Below, piece by piece: positions 7,389-16,655 of a DNA stretch of 64,000 nt. The translations under genes were made by a program, and so were the position numbers. Position 1 is the stretch's first letter. Every line of letters begins with the position of its first letter. The stretch comes from Actinomycetales bacterium (lineage in GTDB: Bacteria > Actinomycetota > Actinomycetes > Actinomycetales > JBBRBF01): positions 268-64,267 of the forward strand of contig JBBRBF010000001.1 of assembly GCA_038206105.1 (NCBI GenBank), in the 5' to 3' direction. The notes beneath the pieces are model-generated. The model was not told the DNA's origin, did no database searches, and worked only from the letters and a program-made list of their open reading frames with translations.

Positions 7389-8204
7389 GCGCCCGCGCCA
7401 CCCGGGTCAGGGTGTCCTCGACACCCGTGAAGCCGTCGGCCGGCTCGAAGCCGCCCCCCCAGGTCGACGTCGCGGTCGTCGTCGGTGCCGCCGACCCCGT
7501 CCCTGCCGACGCCGAACATCACCCGCCGGTCGCCGCCCGAGTCGAGCACGTTCGGGCTGCCGTCGAACGGGTCGGTGTGGACTGCTCGATGCTGCCGCCC
7601 AGGACGAGCCGGGTGACGTTCGGCCGGCCCCACGGGGCGGGGTTGTCGCGGCTGTTCAGCACCCTGACGGCGGCGCCGGGGCTGCCGCCGCGGCTCCGGA
7701 CGTCGGCGGCCAGGTTCTCCCTGACCTCGGCGACGACCGATGCCAGCGGGATCGAGCCGTCGTCCTCCCGGCTGGGCGCCAGGCGGCGCGCGGCGACCTG
7801 CTCCGGCGAGGCCGTCCCCAGCACGCGCAGCCGGGGGTTGGCCCCCGGGCCGGTGCCGAAACCCGGCACCTGCTGGGCCGTGCCGGGGGTGTCGTTCGAC
7901 CTGCGGGCGCCGTTCGGCTCGTTCTCGTCGGCGAGCAGCGGCGAGGCGGTCAGGCTGCGCGCTCCTTCGGCGTCACGGTCTCCGGCAGCAGTGCGAGATA
8001 GGGGTTCGGTCCGTCCGGCCGTGCTGCCTTGCCCACAGGGAGCGTCGGCGCGGGTTCGGGCAGCCCCTTCGGCGGGGCCAGGGTCGCGCTCGCCTCGGCG
8101 TCGGCCTGCGACCCGACCTGCGCGTCCCGCGCGCCGGCCTCGACCGGGGCGACACCGGTCGTGAGCAGGGCCGCGAGCGCGGCACCGACACCTAGAACAC
8201 GCAT
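7372..8204 (-). pseudogene. Frameshifted remnant of a secreted protein gene
   Basis: The N-terminus has a signal peptide (MRVLGVGAALAALLTTGVAPVEAGA). The high-GC3 reading frame then changes three times: near 7950, near 7572-7590, and at the C7 run 7454-7460. Three track ORFs (7950..8204, 7519..7869, 7205..7633) plus a fourth frame down to the stop at 7372 are needed to read through. Confidence 0.45.
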
Positions 8205-8379
8205 GGCGACACCCAGCTACGCAAAGTGCTGGGCGGACGCCGCGGAGGACCGGAAAGGTACTCTGCGCTACGACGTGTGAACAGAAGTGAGGCGGACAGT
8301 CACCATCGCACTGAACGCTCCATCACTTGGTGTGATCGAATCTATACACAATGACACGGCGACACCGTATGCTGGCGCC

Positions 8380-11300
8380 GTGCGACCCCTGCCCGGACCG
8401 CCGGGCGGCCCGTCGGCGCCGTCGCGGCCCTGGGTCGCGCCGGCGCTCACGCTGCTCTTCGCGGCCGCGTTCGTCGGCGCCGGGCTGCTGGGTCGTGCCA
8501 CGCGCCTGGAGTTGCCAGCCAACGCCCTGGTGTGGCCTGCCTCGGCCGTCGCGGTGCTGTGGGTCGCCGTGTTCTGGCGGCGGCCGCGCTGGCTCGCCCT
8601 CGCCGCCGCCGCGCTGGCCGTGGCCACCTTCGGCCTCAACGTCGCGACCGGGGCCCCAGCGACGCTCGCCGCCGCGTTCACGATCGCGAACGTCGCCCAG
8701 CCGTTCGTCGTCGGCGTCGTGTTCACACGGTTGCGACCCGGGGGCTGGGTGCTGGAGCGCACCCGCGACCTCGCTGCGCTGGTCGTCGCCGGCGGCGCCG
8801 GCGCGGTGGTCGGCGCGGTGCCCGCAGCGGCCGCCCTCGCGCTGACCACGGAGGCGTCGTTCCTGCCGGCTACCGCCACGTGGGCGTTTCGCCACGGGGT
8901 CAGCACAGTGGTGCTCGTGGCGGCGGGGCTGCGGGCTGCCCGGCTGCGCCCGCCGTGGGCACTGGCGCCGCTCACCGCCGTGCAGAAGGCCGAGCTGGCG
9001 GTGCAGGTGCCCGCCTTCGTCGCGGCGCACGCGCTGGTCTTCGGAGATCCCGACGCGCTGCCGCTGATGTTCATCGTGCTCTCGGTGGCGGTCTGGGTCG
9101 GCCTGCGTCGCGGCACCACGTTCGCGGTGCTGTCCGCGGCGCTGTCCGCGGCGATCGTCGTCGCCGCGACGCTGCAGGGGCGCGGCCCGCTGACCGAGCT
9201 GCCGCCGGAGACGCGCGCGGTGGTGGCGCAGCTGTTCGTGCTCGTGGTCGCCACCGTAGGGATCGGTCTGCCGCTGCAGCGGGACGAGCGGCAGGCCCTC
9301 ATCGCCCGGCTGCGCCGAGCCCGTGCCGCGGCCGACGAGCAGTCCTCGCTGCTCGACGCGGTGATCGGCACGATCAGCGACGGCGTCTTCGCGGTCGACG
9401 CCCGCGGCGGGCGCGTCATCGCCAACCCGGCGATGACCCAGCTCTTCGGCGACGAGGAGGTCCCCCCGGAGCGGTGGGCGGAGCACTACGGGCTGTACAA
9501 CCCGGACGGGATGACGGCCGCGCTGGGTGACCTGCCTCTGGGCAGGGCCCTCGCCGGTGAGAGCGTCACGAACGCCGACGTGCTCGTCCGGCACCCGCGC
9601 ACAGCGCAGGAGTGGGTGCTCAACGTCAGCGCCCTGCCCCTGCCCGCTCCCGCCGGCGGGGCGGTGGCGACGTTCCACGACGTCACCGCGGTCCGCCGCA
9701 GCACCTGCGAGATCACGGCTGCCCGCGACCTGCTGCAGAGCGTGCTCGACGCCGCGACCGAGCAGTCGGTCATCGGCACCGACGCCGACGGCCTGGTGAC
9801 GGTCTTCAACTCGGGGGCCGAGCTGATGCTGGGCTGGACGCAGGCCGAGGTGCTCGGGCGCCCCCTGGACTCCTTCCACGTCGCCGACGAGCTCGCCGCG
9901 CGGGCCCGCGACCTCGGCGTCGCCACCGGGCTGGAGGCGCTGCTGTACGACGCGGGCGGCCCGCAGGCCCGCACCCGGCAGTGGACCTACCGCACGCGCG
10001 AGGGGTGCGACACGCAGGTCCACCTGTCCCTGAGCGCACGCCGCGACCCCGACGGCCGGGTCACCGGCTACATCGGGGTGGCCACCGACGTCACCGAGCA
10101 GGTGCAGGCGGAGCGGGCGCTCAGCGACAGTGAGCGGCTGTTCCGGATGGCCTTCGAGACGGCCCCCGTGGCCCTCGTCGTCGCCGCCACCGTACGACCC
10201 GCCCCGGGGACCCTGCTGCGGGTCAACGCCGCGATGAGCGCCCTGACCGGCCGCCCGGCGGACGAGCTGATCACCCTCACGCTGCCGGACGTCGTCCACC
10301 CCGCCGACCGGGACGAGGCCAGCGCCCTGCTCGATGCCCTGATCACCGGCAAGCTGACAGAGGCCCGGTGCGAGAACCGCTTCCTGCGGCCCGACGGCAC
10401 CGTCGCCTGGGGGGTCTGCTCGGCGACCCGGCTCGAAGGACCCGGCGAGCCGACCGTGCTCGTGCTCGTCGAGGACGTCACAGCGCGACGCGAGGCCGAG
10501 GCCGCGCTGGTGCACCAGGCCCTGCACGACACCCTGACGGGGCTGCCGAACCGGGCACTGCTCGGTGACCGGCTGCAGCACGCCCTCGACGCGGGCCGGC
10601 GCTCCGGCCACCCGGTCGGCGTCCTCTACCTCGACCTCGACGGCTTCAAGGCGGTCAACGACAGCGGCGGGCACGCCGCCGGCGACGCCCTGCTCGTGCA
10701 GGTCGGCGAGCGTCTCGCCCGCACCGTGCGCCCGGGTGACACCGTCGCCCGGCTCGGCGGAGACGAGTTCGCCGTGGTCTGCCCCGCGGTCGACTCTCTC
10801 GAGACTCTGCGCCACGTCGCCGCCCGGGTGCTCGAGGCGGTGCGGACGCCGTTCAGCGTGGCCGCGGTCGGGGCCGTCCACATCAGCGGCAGCCTCGGCA
10901 TGGTCGTCGCCCACCCGGGTGCACACCCCGAGCAGGTGCTCCGCGACGCCGACGAGGCGATGTACGCCGCGAAGCGGGCGGGCAAGAACCGCCTGGCGGG
11001 GCACGGCAGCGACGTGCAGGTGCGGGCCGCCCGCGTCGCCCGCCTGGTCCCGGAGCTGCACAGCGCTCTGAGCCGCGACGAGCTCGTGATGCACGGCCAG
11101 CCCCTTCACGACCTGATCACCGGCCGGGTCGTCGCGGTCGAGTCGCTGCTGCGCTGGGCGCACCCCCGGCGCGGCGTGCTGCCACCCGCCGAGTTCCTCG
11201 ACGTCGTCGAGTCCAGCCCGCTCATGATCCCGGTGGGGCGGAGGGCCCTGTACGAGTCCTACCGGATCGCCGCGGCCTGGAGCGAGGTCCTCGGGCCTGA

Positions 11301-11847
11301 CGCACCCGACGTCCACGTCAACGTCAGCGGGCGCCAGCTCGACTCCGGGCACATCAGCGACGAGGTGCTCACCGCCCTGCACCGGTACAGGCTGCCCGCG
11401 ACCCAGCTCGTGCTCGAGCTCACCGAGACCCACCTGCCGCTGCTGGAGGACTCGCTGCGCAGCGACCTGTCCCGGTTGCGCGAGGCGGGCGTGCGGATCG
11501 CCGTCGACGACATCGGCACGGGCTACAGCAGCCTGACGCGGCTCACCGAGCTGCCCGTCGACCTGCTGAAGATCGAGATGCGCTTCGTCGCCGGGCTGGG
11601 CCTCGACCCGAGCTGCGACGCCGTGGTCCGCGCCGTGCTTGGCATCGGCCAGGCTCTCGGCCTGTCCGTCGTGGCCGAGGGGGTCGAGACGCCCCAACAG
11701 GCGGACATGCTGCGCCGCCTCGGCTGCGTGACCGCCCAGGGGTACCTGTTCAGCCGGCCTCGCCCCGAGGCCCGGCTCACCGACCTGCTGGCCGACCGTG
11801 TCGCCACCCCGGCGAGGCTCGCCGGGTCGCTCGGCGACGAGGCCTGA
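8380..11847 (+). CDS. Membrane sensor, MASE1-like domain + 3 PAS + GGDEF + EAL (c-di-GMP turnover)
   Basis: In ORF 8287..11847, codons before 8380 have low GC3 and the DNA there is AT-richer, so GTG 8380 is preferred. TATGCT at 8368-8373 could make the transcript leaderless. Motifs: RPGD I-site 5 aa before GGDEF; ESLLRW, DDIGTGYSS, EGVET and QGYLFSRP in the EAL domain. Confidence 0.85.
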   Translation: MRPLPGPPGGPSAPSRPWVAPALTLLFAAAFVGAGLLGRATRLELPANALVWPASAVAVLWVAVFWRRPRWLALAAAALAVATFGLNVATGAPATLAAAFTIANVAQPFVVGVVFTRLRPGGWVLERTRDLAALVVAGGAGAVVGAVPAAAALALTTEASFLPATATWAFRHGVSTVVLVAAGLRAARLRPPWALAPLTAVQKAELAVQVPAFVAAHALVFGDPDALPLMFIVLSVAVWVGLRRGTTFAVLSAALSAAIVVAATLQGRGPLTELPPETRAVVAQLFVLVVATVGIGLPLQRDERQALIARLRRARAAADEQSSLLDAVIGTISDGVFAVDARGGRVIANPAMTQLFGDEEVPPERWAEHYGLYNPDGMTAALGDLPLGRALAGESVTNADVLVRHPRTAQEWVLNVSALPLPAPAGGAVATFHDVTAVRRSTCEITAARDLLQSVLDAATEQSVIGTDADGLVTVFNSGAELMLGWTQAEVLGRPLDSFHVADELAARARDLGVATGLEALLYDAGGPQARTRQWTYRTREGCDTQVHLSLSARRDPDGRVTGYIGVATDVTEQVQAERALSDSERLFRMAFETAPVALVVAATVRPAPGTLLRVNAAMSALTGRPADELITLTLPDVVHPADRDEASALLDALITGKLTEARCENRFLRPDGTVAWGVCSATRLEGPGEPTVLVLVEDVTARREAEAALVHQALHDTLTGLPNRALLGDRLQHALDAGRRSGHPVGVLYLDLDGFKAVNDSGGHAAGDALLVQVGERLARTVRPGDTVARLGGDEFAVVCPAVDSLETLRHVAARVLEAVRTPFSVAAVGAVHISGSLGMVVAHPGAHPEQVLRDADEAMYAAKRAGKNRLAGHGSDVQVRAARVARLVPELHSALSRDELVMHGQPLHDLITGRVVAVESLLRWAHPRRGVLPPAEFLDVVESSPLMIPVGRRALYESYRIAAAWSEVLGPDAPDVHVNVSGRQLDSGHISDEVLTALHRYRLPATQLVLELTETHLPLLEDSLRSDLSRLREAGVRIAVDDIGTGYSSLTRLTELPVDLLKIEMRFVAGLGLDPSCDAVVRAVLGIGQALGLSVVAEGVETPQQADMLRRLGCVTAQGYLFSRPRPEARLTDLLADRVATPARLAGSLGDEA

Positions 11848-11940
11848 CCGCCTACCCTGGGCGCCGGTCGCCCGTCGCCGGCCAGCAACACCGGCGTCCC
11901 GCGTTCGCCCACCACGCCGCACCCGACCAGGGAGGACACC

Positions 11941-12492
11941 GTGGCGTACCACCGCCCCCTCGTCGTGCTGCCGGTCGCCGTCCTGCTCGCCGCCGGTACC
12001 GCCGGCTGCTCCGGGACGCCCACCCCGCTGCAGCCCGCCGCGACGGGGCAGCCGACTGCGCCGGTGACCGAGCAGCCCACCGAGACCCCCACCGAGCAGA
12101 CGACGGAGCAGCCGGACGCCCGCGCGACGGGGGGCGGCTCGGGCGATGGGACGAGCCGCACCGCGCGCGGCGAGCTCGTCGACGGCTTCCCCACGGACGT
12201 CGTGCCGGTACCCGAGGGGGCCACGATCACCCTGTCCTCGCTCGTGCGCGACGGTGACGTGCTGGCCGTCAGCGTCGCCGGCGAGACGACCGCGTCCGCC
12301 GAGGAGGTGATCGGCGCCGCCCGGCGCCGGTTGCGGGAGCAGGGGTTCGACGAGGCCGAGGCGCCGCAGCCCGATGGCGGGGCCGCTGCCACGTTCGTGC
12401 GCTCCGACGGCGCCGAGAACATCAGCGTCACCGTGCTGCCCGAGGACGGCGTGAGCCGGTTCACCGTCGGCGGCCAGCTCGTCACGGGCTGA
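11941..12492 (+). CDS. Lipoprotein of unknown function
   Basis: The GTG follows GGAGGA. The signal peptide carries the lipobox LLAAGTAGC, followed by a Thr/Glu/Pro-rich linker. Confidence 0.6.
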   Translation: MAYHRPLVVLPVAVLLAAGTAGCSGTPTPLQPAATGQPTAPVTEQPTETPTEQTTEQPDARATGGGSGDGTSRTARGELVDGFPTDVVPVPEGATITLSSLVRDGDVLAVSVAGETTASAEEVIGAARRRLREQGFDEAEAPQPDGGAAATFVRSDGAENISVTVLPEDGVSRFTVGGQLVTG

Positions 12493-12504
12493 GGCGGACG
12501 GCGG

Positions 12505-14052
12505 GTGGCGCACGTCGTTGTCGTCGGTGCCGGTCTCGGTGGGCTCGCCTGCGCCGCCCGGCTCGCCGCCGGCGGGCACCGGGTCACCGTGTGCGAGCGC
12601 GCCGACGACGTCGGCGGCAAGCTCGGCTGGTACGCCCGCGACGGCTTCGGCTTCGACACCGGCCCGTCGCTGCTGACGCTGCCGCACGTGTACCGCCACC
12701 TGTTCGCCGCGACCGGTGCCCCGCTCGAGGACGTCGTGGACCTGGAGCGGCTCGACCCCGCGTTCCGGTACCGCTTCGCGGACGGCACCCGCCTCGATGT
12801 CCCCGGCGGGACCCTGGACGACGTGGCAGCGGGCATCGACGCGGACCTGGGCCACGGCGCCGGGGAGCAGTGGGCTGCCTTCCTCCGGCGCGCCGGCCGG
12901 ATCTGGGAGGCCACCCGCGGCCCGTTCCTGGAGTCCCCGCTGGCGGGCCCGGGCACCCTGCTGCGGCTGTCGCGCCGCACGTCCGACCTGCGCTCGATCG
13001 CACCCTGGCTCTCGCTGCGGGACCTGGGGCGGCAGTACCTCGAGCACCCGCACCTGCGCACCCTGCTCGACCGGTACGCCACGTACACCGGCTCGGACCC
13101 GCGCCGGGCCCCCGCCGCCCTGGCGACGGTGCCCTACGTCGAGCAGGCGTACGGCGCCTGGTACGTCCGCGGTGGCCTGCGCCGCCTGGCCGACGCGGTC
13201 GCCGAGCGGGCCCGAGACCGCGGCGCGACCCTGCGGCTCGGTGCCGAGGTCGCGGACGTGCTCGTCGAGACCGGCCGGGCCGCCGGGGTACGGCTCGGCG
13301 ACGGCGAGGTCGTGCCGGCGGACGTCGTCGTGTGCGGTGCGGACGCGGCCCGGCTGTACTCCGGCCTGCTCCCCGCGGGCCGCGGCCCGGGGCATCGGCG
13401 GCGTGGTGGCGCGCGCGCCCTGACGCGGGCCCGCGCCGGGCTGGCGCGCGCGACCCCCTCCCTGTCGGGCTTCGTGCTGCTGCTGGCGCTGCGCGGGCGG
13501 ACGGCGGACCCCGCGCACCACCGGGTGCTGTTCCCGGCCGACTACGACGCCGAGTTCGACGCGGTGTTCGGCACCGGCACCTGCGCGGGTGCGCCGCGAC
13601 CGGTGCCGGACCCGACCGTCTACGTCGCGGCCCCCGACGACCCAGCGACCCGCCCGGACGCCGACCACGAGGCATGGTTCGTGCTCGTCAACGCCCCTCG
13701 GCACGTCCCCGAGGACCCCGGCGCCGGGATCGACTGGGACGCAGCGGGTCTGGCGCAGTCGTACGCCGACGACGTGCTCTCGGCGATGGCCCGCCGCGGG
13801 CTCGACGTCCGGGACCGGGTGCTCTGGCGCGACGTGCGCACGCCCGCGGACCTCGAGCGCGCCACCGGCTCCGTCGGTGGCTCGATCTACGGGTCGTCGA
13901 GCAACGGGGTGCGGGCGGCGTTCCTGCGCCCGGCCAACGCGTCCCCGGTGCCGGGTCTGTTCCTCGTGGGCGGGTCCTCCCACCCGGGCGGCGGCATCCC
14001 CCTGGTGGGGCTGTCCGCCCGGATCGTGGCGGACCTCGTCGGCCCCGCCTGA
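12505..14052 (+). CDS. Phytoene-desaturase-family oxidoreductase (CrtD-like carotenoid desaturase)
   Basis: N-terminal VVVVGAGLGGLACAARLAAGGHRVTVCERADDVGGK dinucleotide fold, and the C-terminal GGSSHPGGGIPLV motif of the CrtI family. Confidence 0.8.
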   Translation: MAHVVVVGAGLGGLACAARLAAGGHRVTVCERADDVGGKLGWYARDGFGFDTGPSLLTLPHVYRHLFAATGAPLEDVVDLERLDPAFRYRFADGTRLDVPGGTLDDVAAGIDADLGHGAGEQWAAFLRRAGRIWEATRGPFLESPLAGPGTLLRLSRRTSDLRSIAPWLSLRDLGRQYLEHPHLRTLLDRYATYTGSDPRRAPAALATVPYVEQAYGAWYVRGGLRRLADAVAERARDRGATLRLGAEVADVLVETGRAAGVRLGDGEVVPADVVVCGADAARLYSGLLPAGRGPGHRRRGGARALTRARAGLARATPSLSGFVLLLALRGRTADPAHHRVLFPADYDAEFDAVFGTGTCAGAPRPVPDPTVYVAAPDDPATRPDADHEAWFVLVNAPRHVPEDPGAGIDWDAAGLAQSYADDVLSAMARRGLDVRDRVLWRDVRTPADLERATGSVGGSIYGSSSNGVRAAFLRPANASPVPGLFLVGGSSHPGGGIPLVGLSARIVADLVGPA

Positions 14053-14262
14053 GCCCGCCCCTCGCGCGCCCCGGCCGACCGACGCACCGCCTCCCAGGCG
14101 GGCTCCCACCCGTCGCGTCACCTGCCCGGAGCACTCCCCCGCGTTCAGGGAACTGAACGCCAGAGGGCCCGAAACGGCCATGTGGGACGGGTCGGTCCTC
14201 GGCGAGCATTACGGACGAGCCGGGGAACACCTCCGTCCAGGACACACACGGGAGACATCACA

Positions 14263-16596
14263 GTGCGCAGGAACGTTGCGAGGACGTCGGCGGGTCGCCG
14301 CGTCGCGGGGGCCGTCATCATCCCGGGCATGATCGCGGGAGGGCTCGCCTTCATGGCGCCCGCCCAGGCCGCCACCGGCACCGGCACCGGCAAGATCTGC
14401 TCCGGCGTTGTGAACCAGCTGGCCCACCGCGGCACGGTGCAGGCGAACCTGCTGAAGGCGGCGGCCCGGCAGAACGCCGACCTCATCGCGGCGCTGCAGG
14501 GTGAGCGGGCAACCCTGGCCGACCGCGCCGCGACGCTGAAGACCGACATCGACGCCATCACCGCCGAGCTCTCGCTCCTGGACGCGCAGGAGAAGGACCT
14601 GGCGCGCCAGCAGTCCGACGCCACGACCGCGCTGCAGCAGGCGACCGCCGGTGTCGCCGGCGCGACGGACGCCGTCGCCACCGCCGAGGCGCAGCTCGCC
14701 GAGCTGCAGGCCGCGAGCGTGACGCTCAACGGGCAAATCGACGCCCTGGACGCCCAGCTGGCCGCGACGCAGGCGGCGAAGGCCGACCTGGTGGACGCCA
14801 AGGCCGGCCTCACCGCCGACCTGGACGCCGCCGGCGCGGCCGTCACCGCCGCGCAGACCCGGCTTGCCGGGCTTACCGCCGCGGCCGCCGCGGCCACTAC
14901 GACGTTGGCTGACGGGACGGAGAGCCTGCGGGCCGCCGAGGCGCAGCTCGCCGCGCTGAGCGCCACCGCGGAGCAGTCCGCCGCCGCCGCCACCGCCGCC
15001 GCCGCCAAGGTCACGCAGGCGCAGGGCGCACTGGACGCCGCGTCCGCAGCCGGCGACGTCGCCGACGAGGCGCTCGCCGACCGACAGGCCGATGTCGCCG
15101 CCGCCCGCGCCGAGCTGGCCGCGCTGCAGCAGGGTGCGGACGACGCCGCAGCGGCCGAGGTGGCGCAGCAGCAGCAGGTCGCCGCGGCCACAGCGGACGT
15201 GGCACGTCTGCGCGAGGTCGCCACGGCCGCCGCCGACGCCGTGACCGAGCAGGAGGGCGACATCGCCCGGGCGCAGACCCAGCTCAGGGACCTGCAGGCG
15301 GCCTCCGTCCAGGCCGACGCGGCGGTTGCGGCCAACACCACCCGGGCCGCCACGCTGCAGAGGGAGATCGATGCGCTGACGGCCGAGCTGGCGACCAAGC
15401 AGCAGCAGCGGACCACCAAGCAGGCCCAGCTGGTGACCGCGCAGCAGGAGCTCGCGGCGCTGCAGACGCAGGCGTCGACGCTGCAGACCGATATCAACGC
15501 CCTCAACCTGCAGATCGAGGCCGAGAAGGCCAAGCCGAAGAGGGACGCCCTGATCGTCACGCGGAACGCGAAGCAGACACAGCTGGACGGCGTCAACTCG
15601 CAGATCACCACCAAGACCGCCCAGATCGCGGGCCTGCAGGGTGACCTTGCGGCGCTAAACACGCAGATCGACTCGCTGTCCGGCCAGCTGGCCGCCAAGC
15701 AGACCGAGAGCAGCGCGCTGCAGGCTTCCCTCGGCGGGCTGCAGACGCAGACCGGGGCCGCCCGTTCCGCGGTCACCGCCACGGAGACGAGGATCGCCGA
15801 GCTCGAGGCGGCGCTGCCGGGACTGCTTTCCGCCGAGCAGCAGGCCGCGACATCGCTCACGGCAGGCAGGGCCGAGCTGACGAACCTGGAGTCTGCCCTG
15901 CCGTCGCTGCAGCAGGCGGTCAGTGCGGGGCAGGCGCGCGTGGACGGGCAGCAGGACGCCGTAGCAGACCTGGAGGCCACGCTGCCGGGGCTGACCGACG
16001 GGGTCGACGCCGCGCAGGCAGAGATCGCGGCCGGCACCGCCACGCTGGCGACCCGGCAGCAGGAGCTGGTCGCGGCCCAGGACACCGCGGCCGCCGCCAA
16101 GCAGGCAGTGACCGCTCAGGAGGGCGTCGTCGAGGGCCTCGCCGGTGAGCTGACCGGCATCCAGCAGGCCGCCACGGGCGCCGCGGCGCAGGTCGAGGAG
16201 CAGAGGGCGCAGCTCGCCCGGTCGAACCAGGCCCTTGACACGCTCGTGGCGTCGATGAACGACCTGGTCGGAAAGATCGCCGCCAAGGAGAGCTCGATCC
16301 TCGACCTGCAGAAGCAGGTCGCGCCGCTGATCGACCAGCTCGCCATGCTCAACGACCAGGTGTCGGCGAAGGAGGCCGACCTGAAGGCGCTGCAGGACCA
16401 GCTGACCGTGCTCGACTCGGCGTTCACCACCGAGTCCAACACGCTCTTGAGACTGGAGAGCCAGAAGAAGCACAACACGGACGCCATCGCCACTCAGAAG
16501 ACCAAGGTGGCGACGCTGCAGGACCAGCTGCGCACCGTGCAGGTGCGGATCGACGCGATCGACGGCCAGGCCGGCTTCGGTGGCTGCGTGATCTGA
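14263..16596 (+). CDS. Secreted Ala/Gln/Thr/Leu-rich coiled-coil protein, no recognisable catalytic domain
   Basis: The GTG at 14263 lies 7 nt after GGGAGA. The protein has a Sec-type signal peptide (…GLAFMAPAQA/A). About 740 aa of heptad-like low-complexity sequence follow, almost free of aromatic residues and Pro. One Cys lies near each end (KICSG and GFGGCVI-COOH). Confidence 0.6.
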   Translation: MRRNVARTSAGRRVAGAVIIPGMIAGGLAFMAPAQAATGTGTGKICSGVVNQLAHRGTVQANLLKAAARQNADLIAALQGERATLADRAATLKTDIDAITAELSLLDAQEKDLARQQSDATTALQQATAGVAGATDAVATAEAQLAELQAASVTLNGQIDALDAQLAATQAAKADLVDAKAGLTADLDAAGAAVTAAQTRLAGLTAAAAAATTTLADGTESLRAAEAQLAALSATAEQSAAAATAAAAKVTQAQGALDAASAAGDVADEALADRQADVAAARAELAALQQGADDAAAAEVAQQQQVAAATADVARLREVATAAADAVTEQEGDIARAQTQLRDLQAASVQADAAVAANTTRAATLQREIDALTAELATKQQQRTTKQAQLVTAQQELAALQTQASTLQTDINALNLQIEAEKAKPKRDALIVTRNAKQTQLDGVNSQITTKTAQIAGLQGDLAALNTQIDSLSGQLAAKQTESSALQASLGGLQTQTGAARSAVTATETRIAELEAALPGLLSAEQQAATSLTAGRAELTNLESALPSLQQAVSAGQARVDGQQDAVADLEATLPGLTDGVDAAQAEIAAGTATLATRQQELVAAQDTAAAAKQAVTAQEGVVEGLAGELTGIQQAATGAAAQVEEQRAQLARSNQALDTLVASMNDLVGKIAAKESSILDLQKQVAPLIDQLAMLNDQVSAKEADLKALQDQLTVLDSAFTTESNTLLRLESQKKHNTDAIATQKTKVATLQDQLRTVQVRIDAIDGQAGFGGCVI

Positions 16597-16615
16597 AGCA
16601 GCACAGCAGCACACG

Positions 16616-16648
16616 CCAGGGGTGGGACCGGACCGGTCCCGCCCCTGG
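16616..16648. terminator. Hairpin between convergent genes (candidate bidirectional intrinsic terminator)
   Basis: CCAGGGGTGGGACCGG-A-CCGGTCCCGCCCCTGG has 16-nt arms with one G-U/mismatch. It lies 20 nt after the coiled-coil stop and 8 nt after the acyltransferase stop. There is no U-tract. Confidence 0.5.
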
Positions 16649-16655
16649 CGGCGTC

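Noticed and set aside
7454-7460. Phase-variable (slipped-strand) switch at the C7 homopolymer
   Set aside because: The gene carries at least two further frame disruptions unrelated to homopolymers. Simple on/off switching at this run would therefore not restore an intact protein, and decay or sequencing error is more likely.
14143-14158. Palindrome GTTCAG-GGAA-CTGAAC about 105 nt upstream of the coiled-coil gene, considered as an SOS/Cheo-type box
   Set aside because: The half-site order and sequence do not match TCGAAC-N4-GTTCGA or GAAC-N4-GTTC. It may still be an operator for an unknown regulator, but a 6-bp-arm palindrome alone is weak evidence.
8323-14181. 1952-aa ORF on the minus strand, the longest in the track
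   Set aside because: It runs antisense across four well-supported plus-strand genes (GGDEF/EAL, lipoprotein, CrtD-like, start of the coiled-coil gene). Its translation is Arg/Gly/Pro/Asp-rich low-complexity sequence with no motifs. Stop-free antisense frames of this kind are expected at this G+C content.
14145-16100. 651-aa Ser/Ala/Cys-rich minus-strand ORF
   Set aside because: It is the mirror image of the Ala/Gln/Leu-rich coiled-coil gene (GCN/CAG/CTG codons read backwards). It has no start context and no signal or domain features.
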